64,000 nt of DNA from Cyanophora paradoxa CCMP329. Lineage: Eukaryota > Plantae > Glaucophyta. This document shows positions 50,701 to 63,000 of this stretch, in pieces. The DNA lies in contig QPMI01000491.1 of assembly GCA_004431415.1 (NCBI GenBank), positions 70,590 through 134,589 of the forward strand, read 5' to 3'. The position numbers were made by a program, and so were the translations under genes. Below the pieces are notes generated by a model. The model did not search any database. It was not told the DNA's origin and worked only from the letters and a program-made list of their open reading frames with translations. Numbering within the stretch: position 1 is the first letter of the stretch; the number at the start of each line of letters is the position of its first letter.

Positions 50701-50809
50701 CGACTCGATCCGCCCGCACCTCGCCTCGCTGAAGAACACCCCCTACGGCAAGCGCATCCAGAACAAGATCGCCAAGAAGTTCCCCGGCCTCGGCAGCGGC
50801 CGCGACTGA
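47725..50809 (+). CDS. Pumilio/PUF RNA-binding protein (Puf4/Puf5-like repeat code) with a CCCH zinc finger
   Basis: N-terminal RATSAPP and DIRCDSDYEAFY...KLPHP motifs. CCCH finger CRFYQQGFCQRGDSCNLLH. Eight PUF repeats: DQHGCRFLQ, DPFGNYLCQ, NMHGTRAVQ, DLNGNHVIQ, HRHGCCVLQ, DPFGNYVVQ, QKFSSNVVE, DPYANYVIQ. Confidence 0.92.
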
Positions 50810-51644
50810 GCCGGCCGCCGGCGAGCGGCCCGCCTGCGGCTGCGGCCGCGGCCGCGGCCGCGCCCTCGCGGGCGCCCGGGCGGCCGGCCCTGGCGCCGCC
50901 GGCCCGCGTGTAGCACTACTACGACCTCTTCCGGGGTCCCATGTACTTAAGACCTGTTGTATCACGTGCCCCCCACCTCAGGCTTTCCCTCTCTGTACTT
51001 GTTTTGCTCAGCTGCCCAGATTTCAAGTTGGTCGCCCCGTCTCCATTGTTTTTTCACTTTTCTCATGCATGTGGCCGGCGTTTCGAGCCGCCGCTGTATT
51101 CCGCCTTCAATGCTCAACCACAGTTTACTTCCTTTGTCGTGTGCCTGTAAAGAATCTAGCTTGTTTAGTCAACCCTAGTTCTCGATGCATACAATTTACC
51201 AGTCTTTGCGAACCCCGGTCTGCTCCGTTTTGCCCTTGCTGGCCCAGTGGCCTCGGGCCGGGGCGGGATCCTCGCCTCTCACCTATAGGTAGGCCTGGGC
51301 GTCTAGACCCGATGATCTGCCACCACGTTCGCAGCTGCCTGCGCATGCGATGGTTCTAGAGCTAGCGCTTGTGTTCAGTACCGGTAAACCGTTGAAATTA
51401 AAGTCGATGCGCATGCTGCTCAAGTCTCGCGAACCCGCGGGCCTTCGCGGAAACGCTCAGGCGAAGCGGAAGCTGTTGAGGATCCATAGAGCGAGGCCGC
51501 GCCCCCGGGGCCCGCGGCCGCAGTTCGATCGCGACCCCCGCTTGCAGATGGTGCAGCAAAGTAGTTACTAGTGCTGACTTGTTTCTAGTGAAACTACACT
51601 GCGGTGCGCGGGCGCGGCCCGAGCTCTCGTGAAAATGCCGGCGG

Positions 51645-53478
51645 TCAGCGGGCGAGGAGGGGCCGGAGGCGGGGGAGGGCCGCCACGCCGGCGAGCAGCA
51701 GCGCGTAGAGGAGGACGAGGGCCCAGAAGCGGGCCTCCCCCGAGGGCCCGCCCCGCCCCGGGCCCGGCGGCCGGCAGAAGACCATCAGATACCTGCCGCG
51801 GGGTGAGCGCCGGCCCTCGGCCTCTCCCGCGCCTCAGAAAGGGCTCACTTGACTCGGACGGCGTCGGGGTTCTTGACGATCACATACGTCTTAGGGACCT
51901 GCGGGGCGGAGGGCGGTGTCGGGAGGTGTGTGGGGGGGGGGGGGGGGGGGGGGGGTACGGCGAGGGGACGCGCCTCGGTCTCGTGGAACTCGCCTACCCC
52001 CCTCCGCACCGCGGGATGGTCCCTCACGACCTGCGGCGCAGTTTGAAGAAGGAAGGGGGAGGTGGGAGCTGGAAAAAAGGGGGGTGGGGGGTACCTGGCA
52101 AGCGACGAGGCATGCGACCGTGCGCGGGTCGCTCGTGAGGCCCGTCCGGCCCCAGACCCGCCCGCTCCTGCGCCCCGCCCGCGTCGGCCGGAGAGGGGGG
52201 GCGGGGGGAGGGGAAGGGGGGTACGAGGAGAAGGAGAAGGCGACGGAGGGGTCCTCGGAGAGGTACACGCCCTCCCCGAAGACGGACCCCGTGCTGGTGG
52301 GGGGGGGGACTCAGGGGGTACAGGCGTCTCGTGGAGGGGTACGGCGCACCGCTCGTGCTTCGTTCCGGAGAGGTTAAGGAGCCCGAACCGGACGATGCCG
52401 TGGAAGTTCTGTCGGCCACGCAGGATTGAGAAGGGGGTAGAGGGCGCTCCGCGGGGTACGCAGTACGCACCTCGATGCTGCTGCCGTGGAAGGCGAGGAG
52501 GGTACCCCCGTGCTGCTTGGCGAGCTCGGCGAAGGGCGCCGCGCTCCCGACGTTCGTTGGAGTACCCCGGCCGCCGTTCGTTGGAGTACCCCGGCCGCCG
52601 TGAGACGAGCTCCTGCCACAGGCGCCTTATGAGAAGCCTCGGGGGAAGGGGAGGCTGGGGGGGGGGGGGGGGGGGAGGAAGGGCGGGGTCAGGTCGCGCA
52701 CGTTTCGGCCTCGCAAACCTCGTCCGGGTACGTGATTTCGAAGATGTGGTGGAGGTCGCGGAGGGGGAGCTTGGCGGCGAGCGACGCCGCCGCCGACGGC
52801 GATGCCTTTGGCGGCTCGGGGTTGGGCGTCAGGGGCGCAGGGGCGCCCTCCGCCGCCGCCGCCGCCGCGTCCCTCGCCGCCGAAGCAGCAGTCGCTGCAG
52901 CGGCGGCGGCGGCTGCAGCAGCGGCGGCGGCGGCGACGGTGCGAATGGCGGGCATCTGAGGGCGGGGTCGTCGGCGGCCGCGCGCGCGGGCCCCGGCGGA
53001 GGGCGGACCTCGGGGAGGCAGTCGACGCGGCGTAGGGATCGGTTGGAGGGGCGCAGGATCCAATCCAGGAGCACAAGGTGCCTGATCGGCATGGAGGGGA
53101 TGCACGCTGGGGCCCCCGGCGCAGTTGGCGGGAGCGCTCATGCGCGCCAGGCGGGGCGAGAACGCACGCGGGAGGTGCGCGGTCTGTGGAAGGTCATTGA
53201 GGATCTTCTCGCAGGCGCCGAACTGCTTGTCCTTCGTCGTCGGGTCCGTGAAGTCGGACGGGAAAGGGAACGCCGCGCTCGCCCGCCGGAACGAGAGGAG
53301 GGCCGCGCCGAAGAGCGCCATAAGCACATCTGAGGCGTGCTTTGGAGCCAGAACGAATCAGCGACGTCGCGCGGCGCGGCGGGGACGAGCAGGGGATTCG
53401 CAATACCTGGTCTCGCGTCAAGCAGTCCAGCACGCGCTGCTCGAACCGCGGGCGCCTCTGCTGCTCGACCTCCAGCAT
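51645..53478 (-). CDS. PARP16: PARP16/ARTD15-like mono-ADP-ribosyltransferase with a C-terminal TM anchor
   Basis: RDQHASDVLMALFGAALLSFRR...FPFP, LLDWIL, HIFEITYPD, LLAFHGSSIENFHGIVRFGLLNL, SVFGEGVYLSED, ACLVACQVV..HP.V, VPKTYVIVKN...RVKYLMVF and tail FWALVLLYALLLAGV are collinear with the PARP16 sequence as I recall it. Confidence 0.85.
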
Positions 53479-53705
53479 CGCTCTTAGCTAAAGTTGCTCT
53501 TCCGGCGTGCCTTGGCTCCCGTGGGCGCTTCGATGGGATGTTCCCGCGCGGTGCCGCTGCCGGAGAAGCAAGAAAGTTTCTAGTGTGTTTTTGTGTGCCG
53601 CAGAAGGGGGCCGGGGCGGCGTCTCGCTGGCGTGCTGGGGCCGTTTGAACCGTTGGCGGACTGCGAGCTCTATTCCCCCATCCGGCGCCGAACCCGCGTT
53701 CAACC

Positions 53706-56197
53706 ATGCTGGCGGGCGTGGTGCGCGAGCCCGGGCGCCCCCGCACGCGCGGCGACCCCCTCACGCGCCGCAGCGCGCGATTGCAGCGGCGAGGTGCCGC
53801 TGTGCCGTCTGGCGGCACGGGGCGGCCGCGCTCTCGACCGGCCCGGCGCCCGAGGCGGCCCCGCCCCGCGCGAGCGGGCCGGCAGGGCCGCTCAGGCGGC
53901 ATGAACAGACGAAGCAGATGAAGGTGAACTTCGGGCGACGGCGGCGCGAGGCCGGCATCTCGAGGACGATCGACGAGCTGATGGCGGGGTTCGAGGACGA
54001 GGGCGGCGACGCCGGGACGGCGCCGAAGATGAGCATGGACGAGATGCGCGCGCAGATCGGCAAGTGGGCCGAGGAGGCCGGTGCGCGGGGCCCCGCCGCG
54101 GCGCCCCCGGCGCTCGTGACGGATCGCCGCACGCGCAGATGAGTTCATCGCGGCGGACATAGAGCAGGACGAGCGCGAGTTCGAGCGACGGGAGGCGCTG
54201 CGTTCGGGCGAGCGGGCGCGCGGGCCGCAGGCGCCTGAGGCGACGCCGCCGCTGCACAGGCAGCGCCTGCTCGAGATCTCAATCCTCGGGTCGCCCAACG
54301 CCGGCAAGTCCACGCTCCTCAACACCCTCGTCGGCACCAAGGCCCGCCCCGCTCCCCTCCGCCCCGAGGCGGCGCTCGAGCCAGCCCCCGCCGAGCCGGC
54401 GCCGGCTCACCGCGCGCGGCGGGGCGCAGGTCTCGATCGTGGCTTCCAAGGCGCAGACGACGCGGGAGCAGGTCCTCGGCGTCCGCGTCGACGGCAACGT
54501 CCAGGCGGCGCGTACCCCCCACACCCCCGCACGCGATTCGCGTACCCCCTCCTGATCCCCCTCCAGGTCTTCTACGACACGCCGGGCATCGTGCGGCCCG
54601 AGACGCAGCGCAAGTGCGCCGGCGGCCTCGCCCCTCGCGGGGGCGCCGCCCGACCGCCCGCGCCCGCGCCCGCGCCCCCGCAGCCTGGCGCGGCCCCTCA
54701 CGAAGAGCCCGTGGGAGTCCCTCTGGGAGTCCGACGTCGGTGCCCCGATCCCGTACCCCCGCTCCCTTCCGTCCCGGGCCAGCTGAGCGCTGTACCCCCC
54801 AGCGCTGCTGGTGGTCGACGCGTCCCGCCACCTCGACGCCGGCGTCAAGCACGCGGTTCGAATCCCCGCGGGGCCCCTTCTCCCTCCCTCCCGCTGGGCG
54901 GGGCCGGGCGCGAGGCGGGCGCAGGTGCAGCGCATGGCGAAGGAGGCGGCGGAGCGGCGGGCGGCGGAGGCCGAGCGGCGGGCCCTGCTGGGCGAGGACG
55001 AGGAGGGCGGGGAGGAGGAGGAGGAGGACGAGGAGGAGGAGGAGGAGAGGAGGCCCGACTTCCGCGTCGCCCTCGTCCTCAACAAGGCGCGCGATCGCGT
55101 ACCCCGGGGCCCGGGCACCGCGTAGCCCCCGGCCCGGCGACCGACGCGTACCCCCCTCCCCCCCCCCCCCCCACAGGTGGACCAGCTGCGGGACAAGACG
55201 AAGCTGCTGGACCTCGCCCTGGAGCTGCACGCCCTCGCCGAGCAGGCCGCCGGCCCCGGCACCGCCGCCTCCGGCGCCTTCGTGCGCCCGCGCCCCCCGC
55301 GGGTCGAGTCGCGTACCCCCGCCTTCCCGGGGGGTTAAGCTTCGTTCGCAGTTCGAGGAGACGTTCATGATCAGCGCCCACAACGGCGACGGCGTCGCCG
55401 CCATCGAGGCGCGCCTACCCCCCGCGCCCGCTCCCCCCACCGGACCACCACGTACCCCCCCTCTAACCTTCAGCTCCGTCATTTGCAGGCGTACATCAAC
55501 TCGAAAGCGCCGCGGCGTGCGTGGCTGTTCCCCCTGGGGACGGTGCTCCGCCCCCACTCCTTTCTGCTGTACCCCCGCACGCTCCGTTGTACCTTCCTCA
55601 CTCTTCCCTTCAGACTACGGACCTGGGGCCCGAGGACCAGGTGGAATCTGCCCCCCCTGTCTCCCCCCCCCACCGCCCAACGGGGTACAGGTGCGGGAGC
55701 TGCTGCGGGAGAAGCTGCTGCGGTTCTTCAACAAGGAGATTCCGTACATCGTCGAGCAGGTGGACCCGCTCGGATTCGAACCCCCGGCCCCTCCGGGGGG
55801 TACGGCCCAACCTTCGTTCGCAGGAGACGGTGCACTGGGAGGAGCCGCAGGGGCCGAAGGGGCCACTCCTCATCAAGCAGGCGCCCCGTTTACCCCCCCC
55901 CCTCCTTCCCCCCCCCCTGCCCCCCGGCCTCGAGCTGACGGTACCCCCAGGCGTTCCACGTGGCGCGGGATTCGCAGAGGGAGCTGCTGTACGGCAAGGG
56001 CGGCGGCACGATGAAGCGCCTCCGGGAGCGCGCCGAGGTGCCGCCGGCCCTCCCTCTCCCGGCATCTAAAGCGCGTGCCGAGCGGGCGGGGCGGGGCGGG
56101 CCGCTGCGCGCAGGCGGACATCGGGAAGGCGCTGGGGCGGCCGGTGCAGCTGGAGCTGACGGTCAAGATCCGCGACCTCGCCCGCCGCTCCCGCTAG
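53706..56197 (+). CDS. era: Era GTPase (ERAL1-like, probably mitochondrial), multi-exon
   Basis: G1 [32 protein letters not shown], G3 FYDTPG, G4 VLNKVD, G5 ISAHNGDG, KH domain ELLREKLLRFFNKEIPY...LLYGKGG. Arg/Ala-rich presequence MLAGVRAIAAARCR...ALST. Confidence 0.92.
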
Positions 56198-57056
56198 CCC
56201 GCGGGCAGCGGGCCGCGGGCGCCGATCGTGCAGGCAGCGCGATGTCGCGATCGACCGCGGGTCAATGCATTATGTATATTATCGATATCAATCGGCGCGT
56301 GGACACAACTGGCAATGACCATCAGCGCCCTAGATCCAATGTCACAGTGTCACTGACACCATCGCCACATATCGATTGGCCATGGCGTGTACATGTCAAG
56401 GCAATCATGATCAGCACGACCACGTGCACGCACGTGCATGCACGACCGCCTAATCATGAATCATGAATAAATATTAGGCTATCTTCACCGAGCCTCGGAG
56501 TCAGTGAGTCGATCAGCACCATACTATGATAATGCGAACTATATATATATTTATACTATGATATAAGTTTGAAAGAGACACATATACATTTACGATCACT
56601 GCTTCCCTATTTGCAAGTTAACGTTCCAAATGTCCATCGTATGCGCGGGTACGAACTGTCGCGGCCGTGAGAACTAGGCCCTGATCATGAGGAGCTCGGG
56701 CATGAAAAAGTACATGCAGAAATCCAGCTGCAGAAACACTGTAAATATCTTTATAAATACGAGGACTCCGGGACATATACGCAAGAAGCTGTGCATGCTA
56801 AGAAAACTCTCCAAGTCAAGATACTGCGATTAGCAGAGACTTTGCATGCCGCACGAAAACCGTGGCTTCACTATTTCGAAAGGAATAAAAGGAAGACGAA
56901 ATAAAGTATACCACTCTTGATAGCACGATAGCACGATACTACGATAAATTGCCAATATACGCATACAATAACGAAACCACGAGTCGGACCCGAGAGGGGT
57001 ACACGCCCAAGATACTGGGACGAGAAACGCCGAGAAAGGGTCATTGAGTGGCCCGC

Positions 57057-60000
57057 CTCACTTCTCGTGCCACTCGTGGGCCTCGCGGAAGGTCGCCGGG
57101 TCGCGCGCGTACCCCCGCGCACGCTCCAGCATCATCCGCGCCGGGCGGTCCCGGGGGTACCGCGCCACGATCGACGCGAAGCCGTCCCGCGCCTGCGGAC
57201 GGGGCGGGGTGAGGCGGGGGTTGCCAAGCGAGGGCGGGCGCGTCCAAAAATAGCCACTTGCCTCTTCGAAGCGGCGGTCGAGGAGGGCCTGGAGGGCGCG
57301 CCCGTGGTCCGCGATCATCTGAGGGCCCAGGAAGGCTCAGAGGGGCCCCCGGGTTCAGGAGGGATCGGAGGAGGCTCGCTGGCTCGCCTGGGTGCGGGCG
57401 GGGGAGATGCGGTCGCCCGCGGCGCAGACGAGCTCGTAGAGGTCCGTCGCCTCCGACTTGCCCTTCACCACCGCCCGGTCCAGCCACCGGCACACGAACC
57501 GCTCCCGCACCTGCCGGGGCGAGAGGGGCGAGTCAGGCTGGGGCGAGGGGGAGGGCGGGGCGGGGCGGGGCGGGGCGCGCCCGCTCGTAGACGTCGGCGG
57601 TGATGAGGATCGAGGAGCCGTAGGCCTGCGGGGGGGCGGTGAGCTTGAGCCGATGTCGGCCGGGGCCGCCGGGGCGGGCGGGGGGGTGGGCCTGGGCCTC
57701 GTCTCTAAATTTAAAGGGGGGCCCCGGGCGGTGAGCCCGGGCCGGGGTCGGCCGAGGTCGGCCGGGGGCGGGCGGGCGGCCGGGGCGGCCGGGTGGGGCC
57801 GGGGGGGCGGGCCTTGTTGAGGGACTCGCAGCGCGAGGCGAGGTTCACCGCGTCCCCCACCGCCGTCTGCGAGGCGGGGGCCAGGCGGGGGGGGTCGGAC
57901 GTCGCCGGGGGCCAAGAAAGCGGAGGGCGGGGCGTGCGCACGTAGTTCATGCGGGACTGCGAGCCGATGTTCCCCACCAGGCTGCGCCCCCGGCATCGGC
58001 GTCGGCGGGGCGGAGGCGCGCGGGGGCGACGACTGCCGCCTATATATAGCCAGGAACGGCGAGCTTCTTACTTAAAGAGCGATGAAGCTTCCAGGAACCT
58101 AGGGTGGCGGGGGCGTCGGGGCGGCCGGCGCACCACTCGCCGGTGTGGATGCCGAAGCGGGAGCGGAGCGGGGGCAGGCCGATCGAGCGGAAGTGGTGCC
58201 GCAGCTCCGCCAGCCGCCGCCGGCACGCCAGCGCCGCCGCGCACGCCTGCATGCCCGAGCGGAGCAAAGCTCAGCCAGCGAAGCTGAAGCCAGCGAGGCG
58301 TGCGAGAGGCGGGGCGGGCCTATAGCGGGCCTAGCTATGTATGTCTTGGAATTGGGGGGCGGGCGGGGCGGGGCGGGCCTGGGCCTCGTGCTCGGCGAGG
58401 GCCTCGGGGGCGTTGAAGAGGAGCATCAGCGCGTCCCCGATGTACTTGTCCTGGGGGGGGGGGGGGGGGGGGGGGGGGGGAAGAGGCGCTCAGACGGCTC
58501 AGGCGGCTAAGAAAGGATCAGATCCGAGGGCCGGGGCGGGGCGGACGACGGTGGCGCGGTGCTCCTCCATGACGGTGGTGACGGCCTCGAAGTACTCCGT
58601 GACCAGCACGACCAGCTTCTCCAGCCGCATACGCTCCGTTCTGAGGGAGGGGCGGCGGGGTTAGATGGAGGGGGGCCGGGGTAGAGGGGGCCTTCGTTCG
58701 CACATCGCGGTGAAGTCCTGGATGTCCACGAACATGACCGTCAGGCGCCGCACCTGCGGGGCGGGGCGGGGATCAGAGGGGGTGGGGGTGGGGTGAAGGG
58801 GGGAGACGCGGGGGGGGAGACGCGGGGGGGGAGGGGAAGGTACGACCTCCATGCCGAGGCGCGCGTGCTCGTTGTCGCGCAGCATGCTCCGCACCACCGA
58901 GTTCGGCACTGCGGGGTACAGTGCGCCAGGTCGGCTCGAGCGAGTTCGAAGAGGTGGGGGGGGGGGGGGGGGCGGGGGGGGGAGAAAGCGGCCGGGTACG
59001 GCCGCACCGAACTTCATGAAGGAGAGGACGGTGCGGGAGAGGGTCTGGAAGGTGCCCTGGAGCCCCGGATCTCGGCGAGCCAGGTCCTCGGGCCGAGCGC
59101 AGGCCCGGCGCCAGCCGCTGCTCCGTGAGCAGCACGCTGCTCCGGTACTCCCACTCCGTCTCCGGCGCCGAGGCCGCCGAGGCGGCGATGGAGAGGGTGC
59201 GCTTGGAGGCGGGGCGGCGGGCGCCGCCGGCCGCCGAGGAGCGGACGGAGCCGCCGACCTCGCCCGCCTCGGGGTCCGCCGGCTGCGGCAGCTCGGGGAG
59301 GGTCGGCGGCGAGGGAGCTGCCCGAGGGTCGAGTCCGAGGAGATGGGCGGCGTGGCGCCCCCGCCGCTGTCCGGCACGACCCGCGAGCGCCGCCGCGGCG
59401 GCTGCGCGGGCGTCCACGAGAGGAGGCTCTTGACACTCGCGCCCCGCCCAGGCCCCCGAAGCCCGGCCCGGGGCCCCCGCCCAAGGCCCCCAGGCTCGCC
59501 CCCACGCTCTGCGAGCGGCCGCTGCGGGGCGGGCGGGGCCCGGCCGGGGGCGGCGACCCCAGGGCGGTCGCGAGCTCGGCAGCGAGGGCGGCGGGGAGGC
59601 GCCCGCCCCCTCCCGCGTGGGCGTGCGGAGCCCGAGCCGGCGGCGGACGCGGCCCGGCGGCCCGCTCGGCGGCGGCCTCCTCCTCGGCGGGGCCCTCGCG
59701 GCCGGCGAAGGTGACGCTCGCCTGCTGCACGGCCTGCGCCATGCCGGCGAGGCCGAGCACCCCGGGGCTCCCGCCGCTCCCCCGGGGTCCCTCCCCCGCC
59801 CCGCCGTCCCCCGCCGCGCACCCGCGCGCTCCCCGCGCGCGCCCCGGGCCCGGGCCGGGCCCCGCCGCCCGCGCGTTGATCGCCGCCACGTCTGCGCGCG
59901 GCCCGCAGCCGTCGGCCGCGCACGGGGTTTGGAAGGGGGGTGCGCGCACCGAGCGAGGCGGAGGAGGAGCCGCCGTCGCTGCCGGCGAAGGAGCCGCGCC

Positions 60001-63000
60001 GCGCGAGCGCCCGCCGCGCCTCCGCCTCCTCCGGCTCCAGCGAGGCGACCTCGAGCAGGGGCCGCGGAGGCGCGGCGGGGGCCCCGGCGCCCTCGACGGG
60101 GGCGCCAGCCTCGGCGAGGGAGCCCCGGCGGGAGACGCCCGGGGTCCAGCGGGGGGCCGTACCCCCCTCCCCCTCCTCCTCCCCCTCCCCCTCCCCCGCC
60201 GAGGTCGCCACCGCCGTCGTGATGAACGACTGCTCCGACGCCGCGTCCTCCTGCGCCCCCGCACGCCTCACGACCCGGAAGCAGAGCCAAGGGGAGGAGG
60301 CGCGGGCGGGCGGGCGGGCGGCCCGGCTAGCTCCTCGCCCCCGAGCAACTAGCTAGCTCCCCGTCGCTTAGGCTCAGCTTAGGCCCCGTGCAGCCCAGCG
60401 GCTTCGCTCGCGCACGTTGTCCGCCTCGGCGTCCCCCGCGGCGGCCGGGGGCGGCGCGGCCGGCCCCGCCGGCTCCTCTGCCATCGTCCGCGTGATCCAC
60501 TCCATCTGGGAAAAGAAGTTAAAAAGGAACGAAAAGGAAGGGGGGAAGGAGGAGGGGCGGACGGTCTGCTTGAGGGAGCGGAGGGGGCGGGAGATGCAGA
60601 AGCCGAGGAGGAGGGAGAAGCTGAGGGCGACGGCGAGGAAGAGCGCGTTCGCCACCGCCGAGTAGACCGTCTGCGCGGCGCCGGCTCAGTGCAACGAGGG
60701 AGGAGAGAAGAAGAAGAAGAAGAGAAAGGGAGGGCGGACCGACTGCTTGACGGAGGCGACGAGGTCGTCCTCCGGTATCGCCGCGAAGAGGTGCCACTGC
60801 GCGTGTGCGCGCGCCACGGCTCGGAGGAGGCGGGCGGGGGCGGGGGTGGGGGGCGGGGGCGGGGCGCGCCATGAGGCTGGGCCCCTCGCGGACGTCGGCG
60901 CGGGCCAGGAAGAAGCGCGCCCCGCCGTGCTGCGAACGAGGCGAACTCAACACTCGGGAAGGGGCGGGGCGGGGCGGGGCGGGCCCGGGGGCGCACGCGG
61001 AAGGAGCCGAGGAGGACGGTGTCGGAGCCGCGGTCGCCGGCGAGGTGAACGGTCTCCCAGCAGAGGCGCACGACGGCGTCCGGGTTGTCGAAGGCGCGGA
61101 GGGGCTCGCCCCCGGGGCCGGCGACGAGCTCGGGGCGCGGGGAGGCCGCCCCGCCCGAGGCCCGCGAGACCGCCACCATGTCCCCGTCGTCCTGCGGCAG
61201 TGCGGGCGCGGGCGCGAGTGAGCCCGAGAGGACCGGAGGGAAGGAGGTCCTAGCGCGAGCCCTCGGCCCTCTAGAGGGGACGGCCGTTCGCGAGTGGTGA
61301 GGAGCGAGCGGCAGCACACAGCCGAAGAGCCCTCGGTCTCCTAGAAGAGCCCTCGGCCCCCGAGAAGGCTCTGGACGGCCGCCACGGACCTCGGTGGCGA
61401 AGATGAGGGCGTTGGGGGTGAGCAGCTGCTCCGTCGCCGCCTGGAAGAACTCCGCCAGCGCCCCCAGCTGAGGCCAGGGAGGTCAGGCAAGAGGAAGGGG
61501 GGAGGGACGGAAGGGGAGAGGGGCCCAGGAGGGAGGGTGGGAGCCCGGGGCGGCCCCGCTCCATCCCCGCCGAGCAGAGCCTCGCCGCCGCGCCCCGGGG
61601 CAGCGGGCGCACCTCGATGTCGACGGCGACGAGGCCGTGGAGCCCGGAGGGGAGCGCCCCGCCCGCCGCCGCCGCCGCCGCCCCTGCCGCCGGCGCAGCC
61701 GTCCCGCGCCCGTAGACCGGCACGCCGACCGTCAGGAACCGCTGCCCGTCCGCCTAACGAGGAGGAAAGAAAGAAAGGTTCAGTTAGATAAGGACTTTTA
61801 ACAGAATTTACGTTCAAAACACTTGGGCACCGCGAAGGTGGGGCTGGCGTAGATCTGGGACCAGGTCGGCTCCCCTCGCGCCCCGTCGCCAGCTCCCGGA
61901 ACCAGGGGGCGCCCAGGGGGTGTACCCGGCTGCGCCCCGAACGCCTCGCCCACCGCCCGCGTCCCGTTCTCGATGCGGCGGAACTCGCGCCCCGCCGCCC
62001 CGCCGCTGCCCGCCCCGCCCCGCCCCGCCCCGTCGGCCCCGGAGGGCGCCAGCGGGCGGAGGCGCGAGGCGGCGGCGGGGGCCGGGCGCACGCGGGGGCA
62101 GGATGTAGTGCATGCTCCCCGCGTCGCCGTGGCGGTCCCTCCGCACCCCGTAGAAGCGATCCGACACTGCGGACCGGCGCCGGGCGCGCGTCGGCGGCTC
62201 GGCCCAGCACGAGCGCAAGTCGGGCGGGGCCGGGGCGGCGCGGGCGGCGGGCACCGAAGTAGACGGTCGCCAGCCACTCGTAGGCCTCGAGCTGCGGGGC
62301 CGCGCGTCAGGGCTACGGGCCGGGGCGCGGGCGGGGTAGGGGTACGCACGTCGACGAGGAAGCGGCGGAGCATGCCCGGCGGGTCCGCCTCCGTGGCGTA
62401 GCCGAACCTGCGCCCGGGGCCGGCCGCCTCAGCGGGGGCGTCTCGGGGGCGCGGGTTCGGATCCGCGCGCCGGTAGTTCACGGAGGTGGCCCGCGCGATC
62501 TCGACCGCCGGCTTCAGCAGCTGGCGGCCCGCGTGAGGGGCGAGCGGGGGGCGGGGATTTCGCCGGGGGGGTACGGGTACCTCGTCGTGGACGTGGCTCT
62601 CGGCTCGGCGGACGAGGAGGGATACCGACGCGTTCGCGAGCTCTTCGGCGTTCTTCGACGCGAAGTAGTGCTGCGGAGGGCACGCGGAGGGCACGCGGGC
62701 GTCAGCGGGCACCGGGGCCGCCGCCCCGCGCTTGGCTTCCGGCTCTCTGCCTAGACCCGGAAGCGCGCACCGAGATGCCCACACGAGGCCGATCCCCCCG
62801 CTGCGATCGCCAGCCAGAAGTCAGCGGCACGGCGTGCACGTGGGGTCAGGCGGGCGGGGCGGGGGCGGGGGCGGGCTGGGTGCGGCGCGCCCTACGAAGA
62901 GAAGGGAGGAGAGGAGGAGGGTGGTGCGGAGGGAGAGGAGCGTTCGCCTGAGGGGCGCCAGCGGCCGCTCCGCAGCGCCTCCTCCCCGGAGTCCGGGCGG

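Noticed and set aside
37554-53478. WGR gene and PARP16 as two halves of a split PARP
   Set aside because: They are 11 kb apart on opposite strands, PARP16 is complete on its own, and their predicted compartments differ.
58661-60352. Several overlapping 400-540 aa ORFs
   Set aside because: Low-complexity linker exons and introns of the adenylate cyclase gene read in alternative frames.
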